Of a stretch of DNA of 64,000 nucleotides, positions 30,298 through 40,547 are shown in pieces. Within the stretch, counting starts at the first letter, position 1, and every line of letters begins with the position of its first letter. Source of the DNA: Saprospiraceae bacterium (GTDB taxonomy: Bacteria; Bacteroidota; Bacteroidia; Chitinophagales; Saprospiraceae). The notes below the pieces were generated by a model. The model was not told where the DNA came from, did not search any database, and saw only the letters and a list, made by a program, of their open reading frames with translations. The stretch spans positions 1 through 64,000 of the forward strand of contig JAHDEC010000010.1 of assembly GCA_020629035.1 (NCBI GenBank), in the 5' to 3' direction. A program made the position numbers and the translations under genes.

Positions 30298-31252
30298 AAA
30301 TCCCGTTATACGAACTGCCAAATTATTTTGGTATCGGATCATAGGGCTTAGTAAAAAATATTCTTTGCCAGGCTTCGGCGGTGCAAGTATCTATGATGTA
30401 ATTTCCTTGATTATTCAAGAAGCAATGAAAGATGACATCGTGACACGAGCAAACTCGGTCGCATTTAACTTCTTTTTGTCACTTTTCCCTACGCTAATCT
30501 TCATTTTTACCCTACTTCCTTTATTTCCAATTTCTGTGGACATTTTAGCAACCTTATCTCAGAATACCAGTGGGATAATGCCTGAAAATGCACATAATTA
30601 TTTATTCGGAATGGTAGAGGATGTAGTCACTAGAAAGCGTAATAATTTATTGAGTATTGGTTTTATTTTAGCTGTATTCTTTGCGTCCAGTGGTCTATCT
30701 ACCCTTATGTATGGATTCGATAAAAGTAGTTACAAACAGACTTTTAAAAAGCGGAGCATGGTTCGCCATCGTTTAGTGGCCATCTTCCTAACTATTCTCT
30801 TGTCGACTGTGCTTATTTTATCCATTTTGTTTATCGTTTTTGGACACCAATTAATTACCGTCCAATTAGACAACCTAGGCTGGACAATGATGTCAAAATG
30901 GATTCTTTTTATGTTTCAATGGATCGCCCTAATTGTCTTATTCTATTTGATAATCACCCTAATTTACAGATATGGACCAGCCATGTTTCGGCGGATCCCC
31001 TTTATAAATCCAGGCGCAACATTGGCCGTTATACTACTCATTGTTAGCTCGATGGCTTTTGCTTACTTCGTGAATAATTTCGGTAGGTATAATGAAATTT
31101 ATGGCTCGATAGGTGCACTCATCGTCTTACTTGCCTGGCTACAAATAAACGCTTTTATCCTTTTAGTAGGCTTTGAGTTAAATGCTAGTATCGCGGTAAA
31201 TAAAACGAAAATCTATAATAAGAAAATGCAAGAAAGCTTAAATAACGAATAA
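30281..31252 (+). CDS. YihY/BrkB family membrane protein
   Basis: Six TM segments. ANSVAFNFFLSLFPTLIF signature of the YihY family. Confidence 0.7.
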   Translation: MTKKTKNPVIRTAKLFWYRIIGLSKKYSLPGFGGASIYDVISLIIQEAMKDDIVTRANSVAFNFFLSLFPTLIFIFTLLPLFPISVDILATLSQNTSGIMPENAHNYLFGMVEDVVTRKRNNLLSIGFILAVFFASSGLSTLMYGFDKSSYKQTFKKRSMVRHRLVAIFLTILLSTVLILSILFIVFGHQLITVQLDNLGWTMMSKWILFMFQWIALIVLFYLIITLIYRYGPAMFRRIPFINPGATLAVILLIVSSMAFAYFVNNFGRYNEIYGSIGALIVLLAWLQINAFILLVGFELNASIAVNKTKIYNKKMQESLNNE

Positions 31253-31280
31253 ACATATTAGATAATATTTTAATATGTTT
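31251..31280. terminator. Bidirectional AT-only hairpin between convergent genes
   Basis: Perfect 10-bp inverted repeat AAACATATTA ... TAATATGTTT with a 10-nt loop. It overlaps both stop codons. Confidence 0.45.
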
Positions 31281-31836
31281 ATTCGCCCCATCTATAGGTA
31301 GATTGTTCGATATCTAGATGATCCATTACTCGATCTACCACGGTCATGCATAGCTCTTCTACATTGTTCGGTTTAGAATAAAAGGATGGTGAGGCAGGCA
31401 TTATCAAAGCCCCTGCTTTATCTAGCAGAGCCATATTATTTAGATGTATAGTGCTATAAGGCATTTCCCGAGCAACCACAATTAATTTACGCTTTTCTTT
31501 TAAGATGACATCAGCAGCCCGTGTGCTTAAATCATTGGAAATCCCTTGAGCCATTCTAGCAAGCAGACCCATAGAGCACGGGCAAACTACCATATAATTG
31601 TATTGGGCAGAACCTGAGGCGAAAGGTGCATTGAAATCAGTGGAATCGTAAAAATCAAAAGGGTAACTTTCTTTATTAAAAGGTCCTATCTCGATTTCCC
31701 AATTAATCAGTGCATTCTTGCTCATGCATACACCCACCGTAATATCTTTAATCAAACTTAATTTATCCATGAGAAGTTTAGCATAGATACTTCCACTACT
31801 CCCTCCTATGGCTAAGACTATTTTCTTCTGATTCAT
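31279..31836 (-). CDS. ubiX: Flavin prenyltransferase UbiX
   Basis: KIVLAIGGSSGSIYAKLL, PCSMGLLARMAQGISNDL and IVVAREMPYSTIHLNNM match UbiX/Pad1 flavoproteins. Confidence 0.8.
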   Translation of the reverse strand: MNQKKIVLAIGGSSGSIYAKLLMDKLSLIKDITVGVCMSKNALINWEIEIGPFNKESYPFDFYDSTDFNAPFASGSAQYNYMVVCPCSMGLLARMAQGISNDLSTRAADVILKEKRKLIVVAREMPYSTIHLNNMALLDKAGALIMPASPSFYSKPNNVEELCMTVVDRVMDHLDIEQSTYRWGE

Positions 31837-31837
31837 A

Positions 31838-33067
31838 TTAAATTACTTCAGCTACTGTATAAATACTTCCAGTTACTAATACTAAATCATTTTTATGGGC
31901 AGATTGTTTTGCAGCGGCTAAAGCCTTTCTAACTGAGATGTATTCTTTTCCTAATAAACCATAGCTTGAAGCTTCATTCTTGAGCACTGTTTTGTTCTTT
32001 CCTCGGGGAATATCTGCTTTCGCAAAATAGTACTTTGCATCTTTTGGAAATAAAGCCAAGACCTTATCCAAAGGCTTATCCCCAACCATTGCCAAGACTA
32101 TATGAAGCCTTCCAAAACTCATTTTTGCAATACCTCCAAATAGGGCTTTTAATCCAGGCAAGTTGTGAGCCCCATCCGCTAAAACCCTAGGAGAGCTCAC
32201 TAAAGTTTGAAACCTGCCGATGTAGTAGCAGTTTTTCCTGACATTTTCGATTCCATTGCGCTGGTGCTGTTCTGAAATATTAAACAAATCCTTTAATAAA
32301 TACGATGCCGATAAACTTGTCTCCACATTTCTTCTGTAAAACGGATTAATCGCTTCTTTTACTTGAATACTTGTTTTATTCAGTAAGTCTCGACTATAAT
32401 ACAGAGGTGCATCCAATGAATTAGCTTTTTTTTCAAAAACAGGTTTCACCTCTTTCTGGTATTCCCCGATTAAGACTGGAATGTCTTGCTTGATAATTCC
32501 TGCTTTCTCTCCTGCAATGGCAACTAATGTATCTCCTAATGTATTTTGATGATCTAGTCCAATGTTGGTTATCACCGATAACACCGGTGTAATAATATTA
32601 GTCGAGTCCAGTCTTCCACCTAGTCCAACTTCTAGAACCACCCCATCCACCTTCGATGAAGCAAAATAATCAAAAGCTAGGGCAACTGAAATTTCAAAAA
32701 AGGAAGGCTTGAGTGTTTCAAAGGCACCTAAAACCTTTAATCGATTTACAAAAGCAACTACGTAGTTTTTAGGAATAAGCTGCCCATTTATTTTACATCT
32801 TTCCCTAAAATCCTTGTAATGGGGTGAAGTATATAAACCAACTTTATGTCCTGCTTCCTGCAAGATTGAGGCTATATAATGAGACACTGAGCCTTTACCA
32901 TTTGTGCCTGTTACATGTACGTATTTTAATTGATCTTGAGGATTATCCAGCAAGTCCATCAGGCTGATAATATTGGACAAATCAAGCTTTATTGCCTTGG
33001 GTCCAATACGCTGATGCATAGGCAATTGTCGGTATAAAAACGATAATATACTTTGATAATTTTTCAA
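31838..33067 (-). CDS. folC: Bifunctional folylpolyglutamate synthase / dihydrofolate synthase
   Basis: Mur-ligase P-loop VHVTGTNGKGSVS. FolC-like middle and C-terminal domains. Confidence 0.8.
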   Translation of the reverse strand: MKNYQSILSFLYRQLPMHQRIGPKAIKLDLSNIISLMDLLDNPQDQLKYVHVTGTNGKGSVSHYIASILQEAGHKVGLYTSPHYKDFRERCKINGQLIPKNYVVAFVNRLKVLGAFETLKPSFFEISVALAFDYFASSKVDGVVLEVGLGGRLDSTNIITPVLSVITNIGLDHQNTLGDTLVAIAGEKAGIIKQDIPVLIGEYQKEVKPVFEKKANSLDAPLYYSRDLLNKTSIQVKEAINPFYRRNVETSLSASYLLKDLFNISEQHQRNGIENVRKNCYYIGRFQTLVSSPRVLADGAHNLPGLKALFGGIAKMSFGRLHIVLAMVGDKPLDKVLALFPKDAKYYFAKADIPRGKNKTVLKNEASSYGLLGKEYISVRKALAAAKQSAHKNDLVLVTGSIYTVAEVI

Positions 33068-33252
33068 GCCTTTTTATAATCAATTTTCTAAGTAAAATTT
33101 AATATTTTTGCGGTTCATTTTTCGTCTCAAAAATAGTGTATGAAACTTATCTCCGAATGTCAAATGTACAAATTGGCGTGACAGGTTTTTTATTTTGCCT
33201 TTTTTTCTAGCCTTATTCTGATTTTGATAGTAGTGGATCGGTTGATATAGTA

Positions 33253-33792
33253 TTGGCCCATAATAATGATGATCGAGTAGTTCCTGTGAGAGGAAGAGAA
33301 TGCTCATCTCAGCAATGTCCTGATATTAAGAAGAAGTTCCCTTCCTACAATGATTTTGCTCGAGCTGATGTCACTCAAATTTATAGTGGCATTCAGGAGG
33401 CAGATCATAAACAAATAAACACGTTCAAATCGTCTGCCTTCTTAAATAAAGGTGGCGCATCATTCGAGTGGAAACCTTTTCCTAACGAAGTACAAGTAAG
33501 TCCCATTTTTGATATTACGATCCTTGATATTGATAAAGATAATAAGGAAGAAATAATCATGGGTGGTAATCTATTTGTTTCAGAAATTGAGACGGGTTGT
33601 GCGGATGCTGGTGTTGGTGTTATCATGAAATACATCGATGGTGAGTTTAAGGTTTTAAGACCACTCGATACAGGCTTTTTTATTGACAAAGACGTGCGTA
33701 AGGTTAAAACGATAAAGAATCCACAAGGAAAAGATATGATTGTAGTAGCTAATAATAATGACTACCTGCAGGTTTGGAAACCCAATAGCTAA
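33253..33792 (+). CDS. Hypothetical protein; possibly the C-terminal remnant of an FG-GAP/VCBS (CRTAC1/ASPIC-like) protein
   Basis: No ATG (frame opens at TTG). DIDKDNKEEII...GGNLF resembles FG-GAP/VCBS calcium-binding loops. No upstream partner ORF. Confidence 0.3.
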   Translation: MAHNNDDRVVPVRGRECSSQQCPDIKKKFPSYNDFARADVTQIYSGIQEADHKQINTFKSSAFLNKGGASFEWKPFPNEVQVSPIFDITILDIDKDNKEEIIMGGNLFVSEIETGCADAGVGVIMKYIDGEFKVLRPLDTGFFIDKDVRKVKTIKNPQGKDMIVVANNNDYLQVWKPNS

Positions 33793-33861
33793 TACAACAC
33801 ATAGCTCTAGACTCAATCTACTAGCTATATTTCGGAACTGAGATGTTCCTATTTGCTTTGA

Positions 33862-34737
33862 TCATAGGTGTCGCTCAGCATGGTAGCTAGAACGAACTAA
33901 AGGTCCCGATTCTACAAAATCAAGGCCTTTTGAAAGCCCTACTTCTTTGTATTCAGCAAAAAGATCAGGATGGATAAACTCGTGCACATCTATGTGCATT
34001 TTGGTAGGTTGTAGATACTGGCCTATGGTTAACACATCACATCCATGTTCCACTAAATCATCCATGATTTTAAATACTTGTTCTTTTGTTTCACCGAGTC
34101 CCACCATCACACCTGACTTAGTTCGCTTACCAAACTCTTTAGTAAGTTTTATCTGATCAAGACTACGTTGATATTTGGCCTGAGGTCTTACTTTTCTATA
34201 CAGTGCTTCTACTGTTTCCATATTATGACTAACCACTTCCTGTCCACCTTGAATCATTCTGGTTAATGCATCCCAATTTGCTTTTACGTCTGGAATTAAG
34301 GTCTCTATCGTTGTGCTTGGACTTATTTCTTTTACCTTTCTGACCGTTTGATACCAAATCTCTGCTCCTCGATCTTTGAGCTCATCTCTATTAACAGAAG
34401 TAATAACTGCATGCTTAACTTGCATTTTAAAAATTGCTTCAGCTACCCTATTCGGCTCATCTTCGTCATACTCTGGTGGTCGACCCGTTTTTACTGCACA
34501 AAAAGAACAACTTCGAGTACATACATTACCAAGGATCATAAAAGTTGCAGTTCCAGCACCCCAACATTCGCCCATGTTCGGACAATTACCACTTTGACAA
34601 ATGGTATGCAAGTCATAGGTGTCTACCAGTTTACGTACACGTTTATAATTCTCGCCAATAGGCAATTTAACACGTAACCAATCCGGTTTACGAGCTCTGC
34701 CTTTACTATCCTTTTCTACGATGGGTAAATCTAACAA
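33862..34737 (-). CDS. lipA: Lipoyl synthase
   Basis: [13 protein letters not shown] and radical-SAM CTRSCSFC cysteine clusters. Confidence 0.9.
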   Translation of the reverse strand: MLDLPIVEKDSKGRARKPDWLRVKLPIGENYKRVRKLVDTYDLHTICQSGNCPNMGECWGAGTATFMILGNVCTRSCSFCAVKTGRPPEYDEDEPNRVAEAIFKMQVKHAVITSVNRDELKDRGAEIWYQTVRKVKEISPSTTIETLIPDVKANWDALTRMIQGGQEVVSHNMETVEALYRKVRPQAKYQRSLDQIKLTKEFGKRTKSGVMVGLGETKEQVFKIMDDLVEHGCDVLTIGQYLQPTKMHIDVHEFIHPDLFAEYKEVGLSKGLDFVESGPLVRSSYHAERHL

Positions 34738-34742
34738 GTGTA

Positions 34743-35546
34743 TTAATTTGTGCGTCGCAAACCTAATTGAAAGCTAGCAAATAGTTTAATAAAATATGGA
34801 CTATTTCTTCGTTCTTCTGTTTCCACTAAAATGTCTATTCCGCGAGTATAAACATCTAACATAACCCCAGTTTCGAAGGCTCTCATATATTTATCGAAAG
34901 CACCTAGTCCAAAGTGTAAGGCGGCTTTAGCCTGGATCCCAGGTACCAAGGCAATATTTCCAAGTCCCTCTGAAAAAGGTGAAGCTCCATATATGTCATC
35001 AATTTCTAAAAATTTATCAGCATTATCTTCTGAATAAGGCTCTGACAAAATTTCGACTGTTGGTTGTCCATCAGTAGGAAAGTAAATCAACTTCAAGTGA
35101 TAGGGTTTCAACAAAGCGATAGAAGGTCCTACTTCATACATCCAGGCAACCGCAATTCCTCTCCTCTTTGCTTTTTCTGACAAATACGTTTTTCTTCCAA
35201 TGCCTGCTCGCAGATTTATGACACTATTAATTTTCCCAAAATAAAAAGGTCTAGAAGTCCCTTCTCCAGCAAAATTATAATTCTTGTTCTGTCGACGTTC
35301 CCTTAAATCCCTTTGAAATCCAAGTTCAAACTGATAAAAAGAAGTTTTGTGATAAGTTCTTATTTTCCCTTTATAATAACTAACCGAGGCTCCTTGTTCG
35401 TGCAGTCGAACTTGGAATGCCTCTTCACTTTTAAAAATAACCCCTTTACGATCTAATTCTACAATCTTAGGTTGCATCACACGCTGAGCGCTTAAACACA
35501 CAGTGAAGCTTATAGAAAGTGCTAATATGAAGATTAATCGTCTCAC
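34743..35546 (-). CDS. Hypothetical secreted or outer-membrane protein
   Basis: Signal peptide [21 protein letters not shown]. No recognisable domain. Confidence 0.4.
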   Translation of the reverse strand: MRRLIFILALSISFTVCLSAQRVMQPKIVELDRKGVIFKSEEAFQVRLHEQGASVSYYKGKIRTYHKTSFYQFELGFQRDLRERRQNKNYNFAGEGTSRPFYFGKINSVINLRAGIGRKTYLSEKAKRRGIAVAWMYEVGPSIALLKPYHLKLIYFPTDGQPTVEILSEPYSEDNADKFLEIDDIYGASPFSEGLGNIALVPGIQAKAALHFGLGAFDKYMRAFETGVMLDVYTRGIDILVETEERRNSPYFIKLFASFQLGLRRTN

Positions 35547-35689
35547 GCTTTAATAACTATAAAGTTAGGCTTTTTGTTTTGTATTTATTCCTGAAGTCCA
35601 AGATCAAATTTCGAGCTCTATGATTGCTTTCTTTCAAAAAGTGATGGATAGCTTTAAATAAAAATTGATACCTTTCCGTTCTCAGAAAA

Positions 35690-36967
35690 ATGATCGTCTT
35701 TTCACCATATTCATCTCCTAGGTTAAGTTACGTACTTGATTTTATATTTGGTGAATGTTTTGCCAGTTCTTACCAGCTAATCTTTGAAAAGAACGACATC
35801 CCGACAAATCAAAAAGTACTTGAGTATAATACTCAGCAGAGCATAGAAGGCAGTTTCTTTATTAAAGCCTCTTCTTTGTTGTTTGAAGAGCATCTCGAAG
35901 AATGCAAAGAATCTAGTCAATGGTTTAACGACCCATTAAACGAAAACAATGATTATTTATCCATGATATTTTTCTGTTTATCAAGACATGAAGAATACCA
36001 AAACAAACCAAGGGATAGCTATAATCGATTTCCAAGCACTTCCTCTATTTTGTCAAAAAACAAGCTCCTGCGAACACCTGTGGTTGATCTAATGGTTGAT
36101 CATTTAGGTAAACAAATGAATCACTTTTTTGATACAAAACTGGAATTAAGCAACGAGACTGGGGTTCAAATAAGCTTTGATATAGATCAGGTCTGGCTAG
36201 CTAAACACATTCCTACCAAAATTAAACTTGGGAGATTATTAAAGCAGCTAATGAGCTTAGATTTCAAGGGCATTAAGGAGCATAAAAATATTCGTCAAGG
36301 AAAGATCGAAGACCCGTTCGATATCTTAAACATATTAAATAAATATCACATATATAAACCCTTGTTTTTCTTTTTATTCGCAGAACGATCGCCATATGAT
36401 AAAGGACATAATCCTTCCCTCAATGTGTTTAAAAAGTTAATCAGCCGACTAGCTAAGGATCATAAAGTAGGCATACACCCATCCATGGCCTCTTCTAAAA
36501 ATCCTGCTCTACTAGCAGACGAAATGCAAAAGTTTCACAGCATACCTAATGTGACTAAAAACATCTCAAGACAACATTATCTAGCCTTTAGTTTGCCTGA
36601 TACTTATCGCCATTTGTATAACTTAGGTATACGAGAGGAATATTCGATGGGTTATGCTGATGCCATTGGCTATCGATCAGGCACAGCTCGATCTTTTTAT
36701 TGGTTTGATTTACAAAAAAACGAAGTGACTGATTTAAGAATATTCCCTTTTCAGATCATGGATGTGAGCCTAAAAAACTACTTAAAACTAAGTCCAGCAT
36801 CGGCTTTAACAAAAGCGGAACAAATGGTCAAGCAAGCAGCCATTTACAAAAGTCCCTTACGTATTTTATGGCATAATAGTTCATTTTATCCAAAGCATGG
36901 TTGGGGAGGCTGGGAAAAGATATTTGAATACCTTGTGAAACATCAAAGAACAAAGGATTTTGATTAA
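35690..36967 (+). CDS. Hypothetical protein, possibly polysaccharide-deacetylase (NodB)-like
   Basis: 425 aa. His-containing segments GIHPS and ILWHNSSF are weakly NodB-like. It lies upstream of the symporter and murQ. Confidence 0.3.
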   Translation: MIVFSPYSSPRLSYVLDFIFGECFASSYQLIFEKNDIPTNQKVLEYNTQQSIEGSFFIKASSLLFEEHLEECKESSQWFNDPLNENNDYLSMIFFCLSRHEEYQNKPRDSYNRFPSTSSILSKNKLLRTPVVDLMVDHLGKQMNHFFDTKLELSNETGVQISFDIDQVWLAKHIPTKIKLGRLLKQLMSLDFKGIKEHKNIRQGKIEDPFDILNILNKYHIYKPLFFFLFAERSPYDKGHNPSLNVFKKLISRLAKDHKVGIHPSMASSKNPALLADEMQKFHSIPNVTKNISRQHYLAFSLPDTYRHLYNLGIREEYSMGYADAIGYRSGTARSFYWFDLQKNEVTDLRIFPFQIMDVSLKNYLKLSPASALTKAEQMVKQAAIYKSPLRILWHNSSFYPKHGWGGWEKIFEYLVKHQRTKDFD

Positions 36968-36988
36968 TTTGGTCTAAAATCTTACAAT

Positions 36989-38491
36989 TTGCAAATCAGT
37001 TCAGGGGTCATTTTACTCATAATCATCAGCTATTTTCTTGTCCTTTTAGGCATAAGTTATTTCACTACACGGAAAGCGGACAGTCAAAGTTTTTACCTAG
37101 GAAATCGTAAATCTCCTTGGTTAGTGGTTGCTTTTGGGATGATTGGTGCTTCGTTGTCTGGGGTAACCTTCATTTCTGTTCCGGGAGCTGTGGGAGATGG
37201 AGGATCGAATATGGCCTTTAGCTATATGCAGATGGTATTTGGCTATTTAGTTGGTTATTTGATCATTGCGACAGTGCTGATGCCCATTTATTATCGAATG
37301 AATTTGACCTCGATTTATGGTTTTTTAGAAGATCGTTTTGGTCCAGTTAGTTATAAAATAGGTGCCGCCTACTTTCTGCTCAGCCGCGTAATTGGGGCTT
37401 CACTTAGATTGTATTTAGTTTCGATTGTACTTGACCAGTTTGTCTTGGGTCCTTTAGGCATTCCCTTTTTATTGACCGTAATAATTTCCATTTTGCTAAT
37501 TTGGTCCTACACCTTTATCGGTGGTATAAAAACCATTATTTGGACAGATACCATGCAGACTTTATTTATGCTTCTGTCTGTCATATTAACAATTGTCTTT
37601 ATATGTAATGCTCTGGATATTAGCTTTGCCAATATTGGGACATCTATTAAAGAAAGTGGATTAGGCCAAATGTTTTTCTTTGAAAATGGGTGGAGTGACC
37701 CTAATAATTTTTACAAACAGTTTATTTCAGGTGCCCTACTTGCCTTAGTGATGACGGGCTTGGACCAAGATATGATGCAGAAAAACCTGAGTTGTAAATC
37801 ACTTAAAGATGCTCAGAAAAATATGTTTGTATTTAGCATCATTCTGATATTTGCCAATCTCCTTTTCCTGAGCTTAGGTGCCTTACTATATATGTATGCC
37901 AACCAAATGGGAATTATAATTCCGGAAAAATCGGACCAACTGTATCCCACACTAGCTTTACAGCATTTTTCTCCCATGATCGGTGTATTCTTTATTTTGG
38001 GATTAATTGCAGCTGCCTACTCAAGTGCGGATTCTGCCTTAACGGCGCTGACTACTTCGTTTAGTGTGGATATCTTAGATATCGAAAAAAAGAATCTCTC
38101 AGACGCCCAAAAGAAAAGAACTCGACTTATCGTTCATGTGGGTTTTTCTTTATTACTGGTTGTAGTTATCGTCGTTTTTAATGCCCTTAATGATGGTGCC
38201 GTAATTAATAAGGTGTTTATAGCAGCGAATTATACCTATGGTCCTTTGCTAGGTCTTTATACCTTCGGAGTATTGCACAAGCGCTTAGTTTTAGATCCTT
38301 GGGTAATTATTGTTTGCATAGCATCACCCATTCTTTCTTATATAATTAATATGTATTCTGGAGTCTGGTTTAATGGCTTTTCATTTGGCTTCCTAATTCT
38401 TGCATTGAACGGCTTTATTACTTATCTCGGCTTATGGATATTATCTTTAATACATGATCAACAAAATAACCGAGCAAGCATCAAATCATAG
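36989..38491 (+). CDS. Sodium:solute symporter (SSF) family transporter
   Basis: TTG start. About 13 TM segments. SFYLGNRKSPWLVVAFGMIGASLSGVTFISVPG SSF signature. Confidence 0.8.
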   Translation: MQISSGVILLIIISYFLVLLGISYFTTRKADSQSFYLGNRKSPWLVVAFGMIGASLSGVTFISVPGAVGDGGSNMAFSYMQMVFGYLVGYLIIATVLMPIYYRMNLTSIYGFLEDRFGPVSYKIGAAYFLLSRVIGASLRLYLVSIVLDQFVLGPLGIPFLLTVIISILLIWSYTFIGGIKTIIWTDTMQTLFMLLSVILTIVFICNALDISFANIGTSIKESGLGQMFFFENGWSDPNNFYKQFISGALLALVMTGLDQDMMQKNLSCKSLKDAQKNMFVFSIILIFANLLFLSLGALLYMYANQMGIIIPEKSDQLYPTLALQHFSPMIGVFFILGLIAAAYSSADSALTALTTSFSVDILDIEKKNLSDAQKKRTRLIVHVGFSLLLVVVIVVFNALNDGAVINKVFIAANYTYGPLLGLYTFGVLHKRLVLDPWVIIVCIASPILSYIINMYSGVWFNGFSFGFLILALNGFITYLGLWILSLIHDQQNNRASIKS

Positions 38492-39269
38492 GCATTTAGA
38501 GCAACGATCTACCGAAGAACTAACGCGCATCATTAATGATGAGGATAAAACGGTCGCATTTGCCGTAGAAAAATCCATCCATCAAATCAATAAAAGCATA
38601 GACGCTATTTTTAATCAAATGAAAAAAGGTGGCCGTTTGTTTTACATTGGTGCAGGAACTTCTGGGCGATTAGGCATACTAGATGCCTCTGAATGCCCTC
38701 CTACTTTTGGCGTGGATGATGATTGGGTTATCGGTTTAATTTCGGGTGGAGATAAAGCCATTCGGAAGGCTCAAGAATTTGCCGAAGATGATACTAATCA
38801 GGCCTGGATTGATTTACAAGCATATGCCATTTCTCCGAATGATATTGTCTTGGGACTCGCCGCTTCCGGCACAACGCCCTATGTTGTTTCGGGACTGCAA
38901 ACAGCTAGAGAAAACCAGGTTCCTACCGTCTGTATCACTTGTAATACAAACACGCCTATTGCAGCACAGGCAGATTACCCTATCGAGGTTATTGTCGGTC
39001 CAGAAGTAGTAACCGGCAGCACTCGAATGAAATCAGGAACAGCACAAAAATTGGTCTTGAATATGATATCGACCACGGTTATGATCAAGCTAGGCAGAGT
39101 GGTAGATAATCGGATGGTGGATATGAAACTTAGCAATGATAAACTGGTGGATAGAGGTACTAAGATGGTCATGGAACAAACAAAATTAGATTACAAAACT
39201 GCTCAAAAATTTCTACTGAAAGAAGGCAGTGTGCGAAAAGCCATAGCTTTTTTTAACACTAGATTGTAA
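38454..39269 (+). CDS. murQ: N-acetylmuramic acid 6-phosphate etherase
   Basis: SIS-domain motifs RIINDEDKTVAFAVEKS, GRLFYIGAGTSGRLG, ECPPTFGV. Confidence 0.85.
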   Translation: MINKITEQASNHRHLEQRSTEELTRIINDEDKTVAFAVEKSIHQINKSIDAIFNQMKKGGRLFYIGAGTSGRLGILDASECPPTFGVDDDWVIGLISGGDKAIRKAQEFAEDDTNQAWIDLQAYAISPNDIVLGLAASGTTPYVVSGLQTARENQVPTVCITCNTNTPIAAQADYPIEVIVGPEVVTGSTRMKSGTAQKLVLNMISTTVMIKLGRVVDNRMVDMKLSNDKLVDRGTKMVMEQTKLDYKTAQKFLLKEGSVRKAIAFFNTRL

Positions 39270-39368
39270 ATAGTATAGGTGTTTGTGGTTATGAGCAATA
39301 CTTGACTTACGGGTCATGATATCCAGCGTTTCTGTGAGGAACGAAGAGATATGATCTGATATATGTTG

Positions 39369-40547
39369 CTAGGCACTGGCATTTTCGAGTTGTATGAATT
39401 TAATTTTCATTAGTCTTTGCTTACTTATTGATTTAGCACATACTCCTCTGCAAATGGAAGATAAAATCTCAATGTTACTTTTTAATTGAAGAGAGTCAAG
39501 TACTTGTTGTTGGTACTCTTTGTTTATCTCAATTTTATATACGCAGTCGGAAATAAGGATTTTTCCTTTTCTTATGTACCCGATTTTTCTGTAACAATTC
39601 CTTCCAACCCTTCCTAAAAGAATGTTCCCTTTGTTTGCATATGCTTCTTGTCTTATTTCAGCTTTTCTACGATCTCCATTTATATTAGTTAGACCATAAT
39701 CTAAGCTGGTTGTATGAACAAATTTAGATTTTAGTGATTTGAGCTCTTTATGAGAAAAAGATCCTCTTCTAATTTCCGCCCCTAAGTCATTTAGAGAAAC
39801 TAGTTTTTTATTTTGATTATTTTGAAAATGCCAATATTTGAAATCGAATGTCTCATGAAGTAAATTACTTTGTATTTTCAAGTTTTTGACTTTTGCTTTT
39901 GGGTCAAACTTACAAAGTGTTACCATGTAGTTTTTTACTGGTTCTATTTTCTTGATTATTAGTATAGTTGTTTTTGCTTCAGTTGTTTTGAACGACCTTT
40001 CAGGTATGTCAATTATTTTAATTAGTTTATAATTTTTCAGAATGGCTTCTCTGAAGCCCTTGTAGGTATGTGAAGCAGAAATGGAATCTGAAACTATTAT
40101 TCCAAGTATACCATTTTTTTTGATCGAGCTTAAACCATATGCAGCAAATAATATTTCTGTATTAAAATTGTTCAGGTTTAGGTAATTAAGAATTTTTATT
40201 TCACTCAGGAGCTTTTTATAATTAGAATCAAATTTTAATTTTATATAAGGAGGATTGCTTATAGCGGCATCTAATTTTGTTATTTGTAGTGATTGAAATA
40301 TATTTTCTTTCCTAAGATCAATTTGATAAAGTTTGGAGTCGTTAATTAAAATGTTCTTTAGCTTATTTTGAAGATTTATGTCAATTCCTATGACATTTGA
40401 TGTCTTATAGACATTTTGAAATTGTTTACTTAAAGCTCCATCTCCAATTCCTAAATCTAGCACATAGGTAGGTTCGATAAGCGGTAGTGCCTGAATTAAT
40501 ATTTTGCTTATACTATCAGATGTATAATGTGCTCCATTGTTTATCAT
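39369..40547 (-). CDS. Gamma-class amino-methyltransferase (M.TaqI/HemK-like; probably N6-adenine DNA MTase) with C-terminal target-recognition-like region
   Basis: Motif I VLDLGIGDGAL lies before motif IV NPPY (about nt 40245-40256). The C-terminal roughly 200 aa are basic. It is the last gene of the AT-rich 4-gene cassette and its start overlaps the upstream gene's stop. Confidence 0.6.
   Translation of the reverse strand: MINNGAHYTSDSISKILIQALPLIEPTYVLDLGIGDGALSKQFQNVYKTSNVIGIDINLQNKLKNILINDSKLYQIDLRKENIFQSLQITKLDAAISNPPYIKLKFDSNYKKLLSEIKILNYLNLNNFNTEILFAAYGLSSIKKNGILGIIVSDSISASHTYKGFREAILKNYKLIKIIDIPERSFKTTEAKTTILIIKKIEPVKNYMVTLCKFDPKAKVKNLKIQSNLLHETFDFKYWHFQNNQNKKLVSLNDLGAEIRRGSFSHKELKSLKSKFVHTTSLDYGLTNINGDRRKAEIRQEAYANKGNILLGRVGRNCYRKIGYIRKGKILISDCVYKIEINKEYQQQVLDSLQLKSNIEILSSICRGVCAKSISKQRLMKIKFIQLENASA

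Noticed and set aside
33080-33307. 75-aa minus-strand ORF between folC and the fragmentary gene
   Set aside because: K/N-rich low-complexity translation of AT-rich DNA. It overlaps a promoter region and is unlikely to be a real gene.
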